A stretch of DNA of 64,000 nucleotides from Squalus acanthias (Eukaryota), in contig CM059432.1 in assembly GCA_030390025.1 (NCBI GenBank), forward strand, positions 135,534,001 to 135,598,000. Reading direction: 5' to 3'. The notes under the pieces are model-generated. The model did no database searches. It saw only the letters and a program-made list of their open reading frames with translations, and was not told where the DNA came from. Positions 14,369 through 26,801 of this stretch are shown piece by piece (within the stretch, counting starts at the first letter, position 1; each line of letters begins with the position of its first letter). Position numbers and translations under genes: made by a program.

Positions 14369-15107
14369 GGCCCAAAAATTTGTGTTGATACGCGAGAGTA
14401 CGCACTGCGTACTCTCGCGTATTCTGTCTCCAATTGCCGGTTTTCTGCATGCACTGCGCATGCGCTGAAAACCGGCACTTGGTGAATGGAAAAGGGGGCG
14501 GGTCCTAGGTGAACCGCGTGCGCGCTACAGGCTGCGCGCATGCAGTGCACTTAGTGGTTTCAACGCGCAGGTAAGTATGGAAGATTTTACACATAAAAAA
14601 GAGGAGTACGACCCACTTTTAACAAGGTAAGTAGTGAATTAAGTATTATTTTGAATTTTTTTTAACAGGTATATCTTTTTTAGAGACTTTAAAGACAGGT
14701 AAGTTTATTTTTATAACTTTTTAAAAGATTTTAAATTTTTTCAAAAATTTAATTTTTTATTTAAAATGGTTAATTTATTTAACTATACTTATTTTGTTAA
14801 TGTGATGGTTTTTTTAAATTTAATTGAGGTTTAGCGGTTCTTTTGGGGGGCTATAGTATTCATAGCTTTCACAGCACTTATGTGAAAGTTATGAATGGAA
14901 GATGGTGTGCTGCCATTGGCTCTAACTGAGTCACGTGATCCCACAGCTCGCACGAATTAACTGCGCCTGTGGGATACGCAAGCCCAGCACAGCAGCTGTC
15001 CAGAACATCAAGTTCGTGCGAGCTGGAACTGAAAAAGCCAACGCGCAGTGAGAGATCGCGGGGAAGCCTTACCCTCGCACGAAGGCTTCCTCACGAATTT
15101 TTGGGCC
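14369..15107. mobile_element. Non-autonomous DNA transposon, probably PIF/Harbinger
   Basis: TIRs GGCCCAAAAATT(T/C)GTG at both ends, 3-bp TSD AAT (14366-68 / 15108-10), CpG-rich ends with an AT-rich centre. Confidence 0.8.
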
Positions 15108-16394
15108 AATAATAGAGTACTGGGTTATTTGCCTGCACAGCCAAATATGCATAAGCCACTGTGTAAGTACTATAATACAATTAGCAGTGGCAAACCCAAA
15201 CATATTTATTAATTACAAGGAACATATTCTTCCTCTGTTGATTGTCACAGTCCAAATGCTACATGAATATATTTGGTATCCCCAGCAGATTGGTATTGGT
15301 TGGGGAATTCCCCAGAGGGAGACACTGTCTGAATCGGGGGCGGAAATACTAAAGCAACAAATGTATTTGAATACGATGCATTCAGGAAGAAGTGGTTGCT
15401 TTCAGGATCGCGGAACAAAATTGTTCGAAATGAATCGAGCTTAAAAATAAAGTACAGTACTGCAAATGCTGGAAATCTGAAATTAAAAACATACAATTCT
15501 GGAAAAAGACAAGAGGTCTGCCAAATCTGGAGAGAGGATAAAGATTTATATTTTGTGTCTTTTCCCTTTTCTGATGCTAACAAGCCGATCTCTAGTATTT
15601 TCCAACTTAAAAATAAGCTTTTAATTATACACAGTTCTATGCAGAAAAAAAAGTCTAAAATGGACTTGAGTCTTTTTCTTACTAAATACGCAGGAGTGAC
15701 AAATTAATTTCACTGTCAACCAATATTTAAACAAATATTCAGACAGCTAATCACTGAATTCTGTGGATGTCTAATAGGTGCCCATGCCTGGTACAGTCAT
15801 CACTTATTTGCACAAAACCCCTTGGTTCTGATTCAGGAAAACTTCAGGAGGTAGCTAGGAACCGTGAAATGTAACTACTGCACAGCAATTTTTCTTTTTT
15901 ATTATGCTCAAGATGGAGGATGCAATACACTTGCAGATTTTTTGTACCTTATATCAGCATCAAGGAGTCTCTCTTCAGTCAAGTACAGTGCACCAAATGC
16001 AGAATGAAAGGTCTCTTTACTTAGACCCAACAAAATGTCTCTTTAATCCAAGAACACCAACTTTCATTGCACAAGCATCATGCAGCCAGCAGCCACATTG
16101 AAATAAGCCTGCCAATTTTTTTTTATTCCAGTAGTCTGGAAGATCTGGGATTTTTTTTTTTTAAAAACTGATCTTCCAGACTGCCTCCAGTCTTCCTAGG
16201 GCCAGTAGACACACATGACCTTGAATTTCCTCCATATTTGCACCCAGAAACACACGTGACCATTGCAAAAATCAATTAAGCGGCCTAAAAGATTGCTGAA
16301 TTTGGGGCACGTGAGTTACGCATGCAAATACAATACACCCAAATTTACTCCATCTTTTACGGCCGTCTATCGACCCCGCCACCGGATTGCATAT

Positions 16395-18320
16395 CATCTT
16401 CTTAGGCAGTCCCTCGGAACCGAGGATGACATGCTTCCACATTAAAAATGAGGTCTCAGGTGACTGATGAGTCCAATGCGGGACCTACAGTCTCTGTCAC
16501 AGGTGGGGCAGACGGTGGTTGAGGGGGCGGGGTTCTTGGGTTGACGTGCGCTCCGCTTCCGCTTGCTCCCGGCGAAGAGACTAGAGGTGTTCAGCGCCTT
16601 CCCGGATGCTTTTCCTCCACTTTGTGCAGTCTTGGGCCAGGGATTCCCAGGAGTCGGTGGGAATGTTGCACTTTTTCCAAGGAGGCTTTGAGGGTGTCCT
16701 TGAAGCATTTCCTCTGCCCACCTGGGGCTCTCTTGCCGTGTCGGAGCGCCGAGTAGAGCGCATGTTTTGGGAGTCTCGTATCGGGCATACGGACGATGTG
16801 ACCAGTCCACCGGAGCTGATCGAGCGTGGTCAAAGCTTCGATGCTGGCCTGAGCGAGAACACTGACGTTGGTGCGCCTATCCTGCCAATGGATTTGCAGG
16901 ATCTTGCGGAGGTAGCATTGGTGGTATCTCTCCAGTGCTTTGAGGTGCTTGCTGTACATGGTCCATGTCTCTGAAGCATACAGGAGGGCGGGTATCACTA
17001 CTGCTCTGTAGACCATGAGCTTGGTTTGAGGTCCTGGTCTTCAAACACTCTTCCTCAGGCGACCGAAGGCTGCACTGGCACACTGAAGGCGGTGTTGGAC
17101 TTGGTCATCGACATCTGCCTTTGTTGACAGTAGGCTCCCAAGGTATGGAAAGTGGTCCACGTTGTCTAAGGCTTTGTCGTGGAATTTGATAATCGGGGGG
17201 CAGTACTGTATGGCGGGGGCAGGTTGGTAGAGGACCTTTGTCTTACGGATGTTTAGTGCAAGGCCCATGCTCTCGTACGCTTCGGTAAAGGTGTTGATGA
17301 TGGTTTGGAGTTCGACCTCTGTGCGCAGGCGCAAGCGTTGTCTGCATACTGGAATTCGACGACAGAGGATGGAACGACCTTGGATCTGGAAGCGACGGAG
17401 GTTGAACAGTTTCCCGTTTGTTCTGTAAATTAGCTCCACTCCAGCTTACCGAGGGTGAAATGGAGCACTGCAGCAAGGAAGATCGAGGAGAGCGTTGGTG
17501 CGATGACACAGCCTTGCTTGACCCCAGTCCGTACGTGAATTGGGTCTGTGGTGGATCCGTTGGTCAAGATCACGGCTTGCATGTTGTCGTGAAGCAGGCG
17601 GAGGATGGTGACAAACTGGAGGGTAGCCGAATTTGAGGACACTCCATAATCCCTCACGGTTGACAGTGTCTAAGGCCTTCGATACTAAGAAGGCCATGTA
17701 CAGCGGTTAGTGCTGTTCCCTGCATTTCTCTTGTAATTGACGCGCGGTGAAGATCATGTCCATTGTGCCCTTTAGTGGGCGGAATCCACATTGCGACTCT
17801 GAGGAGCTCTTCAGCCACTGGGAGGTGATTGAGGAGGATTCTTGATGACTTTCCTTGTGGCAGACAGCAGGGAAACTCCTCTGTAATTACCGCAATCGGA
17901 CTGGTCACCTTTCTTGAAGATGGTCACAATTACGGCGTCTGAGGTCCCCTGGCATGCTCTCCTCCTTCCAGATAAGAGAAATGAGTACATGAATTTGCAC
18001 CAGTCGTGCTTTTCCGCCATGCTTTAGTGCCTCGGCGGGGATTCCATCTGCTCCCGAGTCCTCCTTGTTCTTCAGTTGTCGGATGGTCCTTTTCAACCTC
18101 ATGCCAGGCTAGGGTTGTGCTGAGGTGGTGGCGGGTAGCATGCTGCGGGATGGAGTTGAGGACACTCGCATTGAAGACAGAGTCTCGGTTAAGGAGATCT
18201 TCGAAGCGCTCCTTCCAGCGGGCACTGACTGCCTCCCTGGTCCTTGAGTACTTCGCCGTTCTTGGCCCGCTGTGGGGTAGGACCTTGGGCCGTAGGTGGT
18301 CTTGACGGCGCTAAAGAATA
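16395..18320 (-). mobile_element. RTE-clade LINE, 5'-truncated, frameshifted RT
   Basis: GVKQGCVIAPTL, LALNIRKTKV, FPYLGS and VYRAVVIPALLYASETW...QLRWTGHIVRMPDTRLPK motifs typical of RTE RT; short-repeat 3' tail near 16400. Confidence 0.92.
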
Positions 18321-20355
18321 ATGCCCATAATAATGGCCCTGCCCCAAGTTACAGTCTTATACACAAGTTTCCTGCAATTCACTTGCACATAGGCCTTCTT
18401 CAAATTACGACCAGATTTTCAAGAGCAGTAGGAAACAAAAGTAATTTTTCTGGTGTTTCATTGCAGTTTTTTTTTTTTGAGCACTGTATTTTCTGTTTCT
18501 TTGAATGCATTTTTATGGCATCAGTATAAGTCACATTAAAAATTGAAAAGCTTCCCAGATTGCAGGTTCTTAACCATGCTGTGCATGAATGATGGTTGAA
18601 TGAAATTAAACTTTAATTTTCATACTTGAGAAATATATGGTGCAAATTCGGTGCTTAGCCCCCGATTGTTTATGCTGAATTATTCCCATTTTACATTCAG
18701 GCATATTCTAATGAGATTGGCAGGAAATTTGAGCATAACTTGACATCGGCAAAATGGGCGCGGGATTGGGCTCATTTTCGGGTTCAACTTCCAGGTTGCG
18801 GTCACAGAGAAACTGCAGTCGGCTGTTCCAGTGGCACTGCAGTATTTTCACTGTAATGACATTACTACTCTTCACAAAAGCACAGGACAAATGTCACAGC
18901 TAATCTATATATTCGCATAGCTTGCTCACCCTTCCAAAACCTGGCCCACAATATAAATGTAGCTTAAATTCATATCACTTAGGACCTTTATATTATGTCC
19001 ATCCAAGCTGGATTTAAACCCAGGGTCTTGAAGTAAAAAGACACCATGCTAACCATCTATGCTACCGAGATTCTTTCTTCACTTCTCCCACCTCACTATC
19101 AAACAAACAACTAACATATGAAAATAATCAATATGCTGCAACACATCAGCTTTTAAATTAAACTAACTGGGCAGTCAATATAAAAATTTAACTGGCAGGG
19201 AAGCTCAAGAGAAATGCAAGTAGAGCAGATGGAGATGACTTTAAAAAAAAAGTGGGGGGATGGAAACAGCTCCTAATTGTGAAAAACTAGAAAATTTCTG
19301 AAATTCCTGGGATTTTTAAACTACTATGATCTCAGTGGCAATGACATAACCTTGATGAGCAAATAATGGCATGACAAAATTCTGGGTTAAGTACATTAAA
19401 TGCACTCCATATTGCCATTATGTAATCTGATCCAAACCCAAAGATTCAAGTGACTGTCTTGAACTTTCAATGCAATTGTTTGGTTATTAGATCATATAAT
19501 AAAGCTTTAAAAAATAGATCTCCCAAATGACTTGTAATAATTACTGTGGCAAGATCAATGTCATTTATCAATCACCAGCAAATTTTACCTTCAATTATGG
19601 GGAAGTTACTGGAAACTGTCAGACAGAATGACTGAGCACTTGGACAGGGATCAGCATGGATTTGTGAAGGATACGTCATGTATGACAAATCTAGTTGAAT
19701 ATTTTGAGGAGATCACTAGCATGGAGTTTAGGGGAGTGTCTATGGATGTTGTCTAGATGGACATCCAGAGGCATATGCTAAGTTTTCGCACAAGAGATTA
19801 GCAAAAATGAGCACGCATGTAACGGGAGGCAACTTTATGACATGGGTTGGTAATTGGTTGGGAGGTAGGCGAGAGAGAGGAGGGATAAACTGCTTGTTCA
19901 CCGATTGGCCGGGATGTGACAAATGGTGTTCCCCAGGGATCTGTTCTGGGGCTTCAGCTTTTCACCATATATATTACTGACTTGAATGAGGAAGAGAGTT
20001 GTATATCCAAGTTTCAATGAGAGACTGTGGAATGCACTAAATGAAGTTCAATATGGGGAAGTGTGAGGTTATCCAGTTTGCATACAAGATAGATAAACTG
20101 GAATATTTTCTTATTGACAAGACTAGGAGCTGTGAGGGAACAAAACAGATTTAAGTATCCATTCACACAAATCACTAAAAAAGGTAGTGCACGCGTACAA
20201 AAAGTGATCAAAAAGGCGAATAGAACGTTGGCCATTATCTCAAGGGAACCGGAATTCAAAAGTGAAGCAGTGATGCTTCAGTTGTACAGAGCCTTGGTCA
20301 GACTCCATCTGGAATATTTCATTCAGTTTTGGGCACTGTGCCTCAGGAAATACAT

Positions 20356-21087
20356 CTGCCCTTTTACCTCCTCCCTTCCTACTGTCCAGGGCCCCAAACA
20401 CTCCTTCCAGATGAAACAGTGATTTACTTGTACTTATTGCAATTTAGTATACTGTTTTCGCTACTCACTATGCGGTCTCCTCTACATAGGGGAGACCAAA
20501 CGCAGATTGGGTAACCGCTTTGCGGAACACCTCCGTTCAGTCCTTAAGAGTGACCCCGAGCTTCCGGTCGCCTGTCACTTTAATTCTCCGCTCCACTCTG
20601 ATCTCTCCGTCCTCGGCCTCTTACACTGTTCCAATGAAGCTCAACATAAGCTCAAGGAACAGCACCTCATCTTTCGATTAGGCACTTTACAGCCTTCTGG
20701 ACTCAACATCGAGTTCAACAATTTCAGACCATAACCTCGGCCCCTATGTTTTCATTGTTCTCACATGGCAGCTGTTGATCATCCTGCCATTGCCATTTAC
20801 ACTTCATCTAGAGTCATCTTTTGTTTCTTAACTTGTCCCATTACCATCTCCTTTTGGCTTGCCTTTTGTCTTTTAATCTCTACTGCCTTCCATCCCATAC
20901 CTTCTCTTTGTTCTTTCCTCTCCTCCCCCCCTTTGCCTGCCCCACACTTGCTTAAAAATCTGTTACTTCTCCAACTTTTTCCAGTTCTGACGAAGGGTCA
21001 TCGACCTGAAACATTAACTCGGTTTCTTTCTCCATGATGCTGTCTGACCTGTTGAGTGTTTCCTTCGACAACAACAGAAAATGCTGC
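20356..21087 (+). mobile_element. Penelope-like element 3' fragment: GIY-YIG endonuclease remnant plus terminal repeat
   Basis: Reading ...FTCTYCNLVYCFRYSLCGLLYIGETKRRLGNRFAEHLRSV...ACHFN...EQHLIFRLGTLQPSGLN (GIY-YIG domain), with one upstream in-frame stop. Confidence 0.9.
20983..21019 (+). ncRNA. Minimal type-I hammerhead ribozyme motif (PLE family 1)
   Basis: AGTT-CTGACGA-A-GGGTC(ATC)GACCT-GAAA-CA-TT-AACT: stem I, conserved core, stem II, GAAA, UH. Confidence 0.7.
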
Positions 21088-22397
21088 AAAGACATATTGG
21101 CCTTGAAGGGGTACAGCTCACATTCACCAGAATGATACCAGGGCTTAGAATTAAATTATGAAAACAGGTCACATAAACTATTGCCTGGAGTTCATACAGT
21201 TGAGGGGTGATCTAATCGAGGTATTTAAAATGATTAAGGGATTTATTAGGGTAGATACAGGAACTATTTTCATTGGTGGGGGAATGCAAAATAAGAGGGC
21301 ATAATCTTAAAATTAGAGCTAGGCCATTTCGGAATGAAATCAGGAAGCGCTTTTTCCACAAAGGGCAGTATAAATCCAGAACACACACTCTTAAAAAGGC
21401 TGTGGATAGTGGGTCAATTAAAATTTTCAAGATTGATAGATAGATTAGTTAGGTAAGGATTTTGAACAAAGGCAGGTAAATGGAGTTTAGGTACAGATCA
21501 GCCATGATCTAACTGAATGGCGGAGCAGGTGCGAGGGGTTGAATGGCCTACTCTACTGTTCCTATTTAATCCCACTACCAGTACTATAGAAGGGAAATAA
21601 AAGATGCTTGTTAATGCCTTCAAAATGTGTCTGCAATTCAGGACTTATGTGGGGCTCCAATGGTGCTACAAGTGTACACAGAAAGCCCAAATCTAAAAAG
21701 ATATTGTATGCACCTCTGCAATTCAGCCTCAGTTATTATAATATGGAACTGAAAAATAAATGAGTTTGCTTTAAAGATGGATGAACACTCTGACCAGTTT
21801 GCAATTAAATAAGCAATGATGGAATGGAATGGGATGGAAATGCAAAATTTAAGGGACATTCTAATGTTTGGCATATTCTGATATACGAATGTGCTAAACA
21901 AAAGTGTTTTGTTTTTTTAAAAACACAAAACCTTTGTTTAGCATTCAGTATATGTTTTATTTTAATCAGCTCATGGCAAAAAGTAATCCAAAAAAGAGCT
22001 CCAGACCTCTGCCCCAGTAACATTGCTGAGGGTGGGGGGAGTGGGGCTATGTAACCACTGATGAGGTAGGATGAAGTCATTAATACAAGTGAATTAATAC
22101 AAATGAAAGAAACAAATGACTAACTGGTTTTTAAAAATTACAAAATAACAATCTCCAAATTTACACTGCATCATGATTTGATTGAGATTTGTTTTTAAAT
22201 ACACAAGCAATGAACATATTATAGCCAAAAAGTGAACGGTACAAGACTCAGGAGATATTGTAACAAATATACATTTTTGACTTTTTTTTTTAATTCACAC
22301 AGAAAGACAAGAGCTTCACATACAAAAGATTGTACTAATCCAAAATTATGCAAGTAGGAAGGTTTCAATTTGTATACTCCTTTTATGGCTCCTCCCA

Positions 22398-22930
22398 TAG
22401 TTTTGGTCTCCTTATTTAAAGGAAGGATATACGCATTGGAGGCAGTTCAGAGAAGGTTCACGAGGTTGATTCCAGAGATGAAAGGGTTGTCTTATGAAGA
22501 AAGGTTGAGCAGGTTGGGCCTAAACTCATTGGAGTTTAGAAGAATGAGAGGGGATCTTATTGAAACATATAGATTCTGAAGGGGCTTGACAGGGTAGATG
22601 CAGAGAGGATGTTTTCCCTCGTGGGTGAATCTAGAACTAGGGGGCATAATTTCAGAATAAGGGGGCACCCTTTTAAATCGGAAATGAGGAGGAATTCTTT
22701 GAGGGTCATGAATCTTTGGAATTCTCTTCCTCAGAGAGCTGTGGAGGCTGGGTCATTGAATATATGAGGAGAGACAGACAGATTTTTGAACGATAAGGGA
22801 GTCAAGGGTTATGGGGAACAGGCAGGAAAGTGGAGTTGAGGCCAAGATCAGATCAGCCATGATTTTATTGAATGGCAGAGCAGGCTCGAGGGGCCAAATG
22901 ACCTACCCTACTCCTTCGTCTTATGTTCTC
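22398..22930 (+). mobile_element. CR1 LINE 3' fragment
   Basis: ALEAVQRRFTRLIPEMKGLSYEERLSRLGLNSLEFRRMRGDLIETY; CR1 3' UTR. Confidence 0.9.
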
Positions 22931-23564
22931 CCCTCCTGGTGTGCCATCTAGTATTCCCTGGCAGAGGAATTAGAAAGCCAGCTTGTTCCCAATCCAGTTT
23001 CCTGGAAATATTACTCTTATGTAGAAGTTACAGCACAGAACCAGGCTGTTAGACCTGACCAGTCTATGTTGGTATTTATCCTCCACATGAGCAGCAGTCC
23101 TAATCCCACATGCCCACTCGGTTTCCAATATTCCTTTTTCCTTCAATCACTTATCTAACCTATTGTTAAATGCAGACATGGTCTCTGCTTCAATCACTAA
23201 CTCCACGAGTGCAGTCCACAGTCTCTTAACCATTTGTGAAAGAAGATTTAGAACAGAGCAGAAGAAACCTAACATTTAATTGTATACTTATGTCCCATCA
23301 TTCTAACCCAGGATGGCTGGCTTGACAAATGCCCTGCTATGAGCCTCTACCCAACAGCATGGACAAGAAGTAACGACAGGACAGACCAGCACATGATTAT
23401 TTCATGGCACTATAGTGAAGTATCAGTGTGCTACCCAAGATGACAACCTACCTAAATGCTGTAGTTTCCAGTTAAATCAATCAATGAGAGCTCATTGGGT
23501 ATCTTATTGCATATTGACTCACATTGCAGATGAAAAACAAAAACAAAAAAATGAATAACTTTAC

Positions 23565-23738
23565 CTGGTACAAAGTAATTTCCATCCGCCAAATACAAAC
23601 CAGCCTAGCCCTCGTTTTTTGTGAGTAACTCTAGCTTTTGGTAATGTGTGATAGTCACTCTCATCATTTTCAAAACCTTCTTCCGACATCATCAATGGCA
23701 TCTCATCTAAACTGGATGATTCATCTTCCACTTGATAT
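23565..23738 (-). CDS. ATP9B: ATP9B coding exon 2 ([57 protein letters not shown], 174 nt)
   Basis: Manual translation closely matches recalled human ATP9[58 protein letters not shown]. Pyrimidine-rich acceptor ...ttctgaacacag and donor ACCAG|gtaaag; phase 2-2. Confidence 0.96.
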
Positions 23739-26339
23739 CTGTGTTCAGAAATAAAACAAGGTTAACCTAGCACCATTAATACATATTGCATACAATATTA
23801 ATTAATTCAAAGGATTGTCAGGCAGTTAAAATGGCTTATTTGGCCAAAAGTCACAATGCTTTAATAGTGTATTTATCTGCAAGATATTAATCAAGATAAT
23901 TGACGCAAGTATTGGGAATGTTATGAAGTCTATACTTATAGTAGATAACCACATTCTTTGCATAAAATTCAGCCGCCACTTGTAATGTTGATCTGTCGTC
24001 ACCCATGAGTAGTTGGGTGCAAGCGGGGGGAAAGAGAAATTACCGGAAAAAAACTATCCCTTGAGGCGATTCATGCTCCTGCGTTGCCTCCCCACCACCA
24101 CCAGCAACCACCCCCCCCCACCCCCCACCTCAGATGATGGAACATTCATCCTCTGCAATTCTGCAAACGTTGGCTTGAACCAATGCAAATCTGAAATCAG
24201 TCAGTGCCAGTGTTATACGATCATACTAGGACTGAAGGGGCTCTCCCTGTAGCCATCTGCTGTAAAAGACTTGTCATAAGGAAATACATAGTACTGAAGG
24301 AAATCAAAGAGAATGTTCCTCATTTGATAATTTACCCCTGCACCCACAAGTATAAAAATTCTTCCTCTCTACAAGCCGGTCAATGATTTTATATCATTTA
24401 AACATGCTATGGCAACCTGTTAAGACCCTAGGGTCCTTTGAAGTAGTTTTCCTTCCACCCCCACCCACCAACACTATGCCCAAGCTCTTTTTTTAGACTT
24501 GTAATTTTTTTGCCCCCCAGATGACAGATCTCCCATGGTATTGTTCTACAGGTAGTCTGGGACTGTAGCACTGTCCCGCAGCAGCCTAAATGGAACGGTG
24601 GATTCCCTTCAACATAATGCAGCAATTTTACTAAATATAGATCAACTCAATGATAAGGTAAAAATATTACATTAGACTGAAAAATACAATTTCACAGATA
24701 CAATATTTTATTTACCTACCACCTCAGAAAACTTGGTCAAAATACAAGTAACATCTTTCTCTATTATTTACATTATATGGGGTTTTCTGCCCTATGTCAA
24801 GGTGGAGTTGCAGTCTCAATGCCCAAGACCAAAACAAAACCTCATCCACATTTTTAAAACTGATCATACCTGACCATTGCTGGCTGTAAACTTTCTGCTT
24901 AAATGTCATGACACCGCTGCTGTGGTGTACCATTAGGTTTTGTAGTTCAAGAGGAGGATGAAAATTGTAATTCCAGGAGGCAAAACACACATTTATTGGA
25001 GCTGTTAATCACTGCCCTGGCTCCTTGGAGGAGGCCTCTGCAGGGGAAACCTCTGGCTGGAATCTCTACCATTAAATAATTAATTTCAATGAGTTTAACA
25101 TAATTTATGTTTCGTAATGGCTACAAATTCAGTTGGGTCAGAAATCAAGATGGCAGCTGTAACCACTTTGAAAAAAATGTAGCAATGCAATTGGTTCAAG
25201 TTGAAGCAATTGCATGGAGAGATCTTTCCTAATCTATATTTGAGAATTATTGGTTAAGTTTCTCATTTGAGTCACAGAAAAGTGAGTTTTTTTTTCTACT
25301 ATAGGGAAATTTAATGTGCTACTCCATACGATTAATTTATGACATGTAGAAAGGACCACTGGTTTGTGCAAGCTTAAGCTCACGAGTCTGATTTTCACAT
25401 AGCTCTAACCATCAATTTATCAGGCATGCGTGCGAGGGCGGTATTGTGATGTGTTGAGAAGCAGAGGACAAATCACTGGACAGGCTCGAAGGATTACTAC
25501 CACCAATGAAAGCAGTCATCAATCCTGACATCACTCAGATAAAATCATTTTATTTCAGGTTTGTTACTCATAATTCAAACAGACTTATGGGTAAATGAAA
25601 GTGAAAAATCTAAAATGTTACTTCACAGGTGCCACTTCAGAATATAGATATATTTAAAAAAAGTTCAACCTTTTACCACAAACAAACACAAATTTCACTA
25701 GTTTGTTCACTTATGTGGAAACAGTCAACTTGGTTCGTTGGTGGCGATCTGATTATGAGTTAAGGGCTGCTGACACTAATGGAAACTTATAATTTCTCTT
25801 TGCTGGTAAAATACAAGGTCCTTCATGCATTCACATACAGTACTGTATAGAACAGGCATTGATGATTTTTGGAACACCATTAAAAGTTAACATTTTTATA
25901 ATGTGTTTTTCAATTTACACACACAAATGATTTACAAGGTTTATTTCAATCCAAAGTTGGTTTTAAGCAAATATGTCAAAAGGTGCAGATATGCAATGCC
26001 CAAAGCCAAGAGACCACACAGGTTGCTGAAAATCATTCTCTGGCTAGTTCCTTTACAGTTTGATTCAAATTATTATTTTTTTTGAACAAGCAGCAGGGCT
26101 CCCCAGAGGGTACATAGATCTCGGTGTAGTACAGAGCCATACAGACCAGGAAGGTCACAAGTTCAATCTTTGGTCAGAGGAGGGAGGCTCCAGTGACTCC
26201 TCCTTAGCCCCTGCTCCTACTGGTGTGTCCTTCCAAGTGTCAAACAAGGAGGTTCAGTAGCAAAATACTGGAAATCTGAAACAACAGAACGTGCTGGAAA
26301 CACTCAGCAGGTCAGGCAGCATCGAGGAGAGAGAAACAG

Positions 26340-26374
26340 AGTCAACATTTCGGGTTGAACCCTTCGTCAGAACT
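26340..26374 (-). ncRNA. Minimal hammerhead motif, inverted copy (sense to ATP9B pre-mRNA)
   Basis: Reverse complement reads AGTT-CTGACGA-A-GGGT(TCA)ACCC-GAAA-TG-TT-GACT. Confidence 0.6.
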
Positions 26375-26766
26375 GGAAAAGGTTAGGGAGGAGAGATTTT
26401 TAAGCAGGGGCTCGAGGAACAGCACCTCATCTTTCTATTAGGCACTTTACAGCCTTCTGGACTTAACATAGAGTTCAACAATTTCAGACTATAACCTCGG
26501 CCCCTGTATTTCTTTATATTTTTTTTTCCTCTTGTTTCCTCACATGGTAGCTGTTAGTGTTGCTGCCATCATCATTCACACATCATCTAGAGCCATCTTT
26601 TGTTTCTTAACTTGTCCCATTACCTCTCCTTTTGCCTCGCACCATCATCCCTTTTGTCAGTCAATCTCTCCTGCCTTCCATCCTATCACAGACTTTCCCT
26701 TTGTTCTTTTCTTGCCTCCCCTCCTCCCGGCCCCTGCTTAAAAATCTCTCCTCCCTAACCTTTTCC

Positions 26767-26801
26767 AGTTCTGACGAAGGGTTCGACCCGAAACGTTGAC
26801 T
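26767..26801 (+). ncRNA. Minimal type-I hammerhead ribozyme motif (PLE family 1)
   Basis: AGTT-CTGACGA-A-GGGT(TCG)ACCC-GAAA-CG-TT-GACT with a palindromic AACGTT stem-III region. Confidence 0.78.

Larger units (their letters stand above)
19620..21568 (+). mobile_element. Degenerate CR1 LINE interrupted by a Penelope fragment
   Basis: KKANRTLAII...MLQLYRALVRLHLEY motif; CR1 sequence resumes at ~21090; 3' tail near 21560. Confidence 0.85.
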
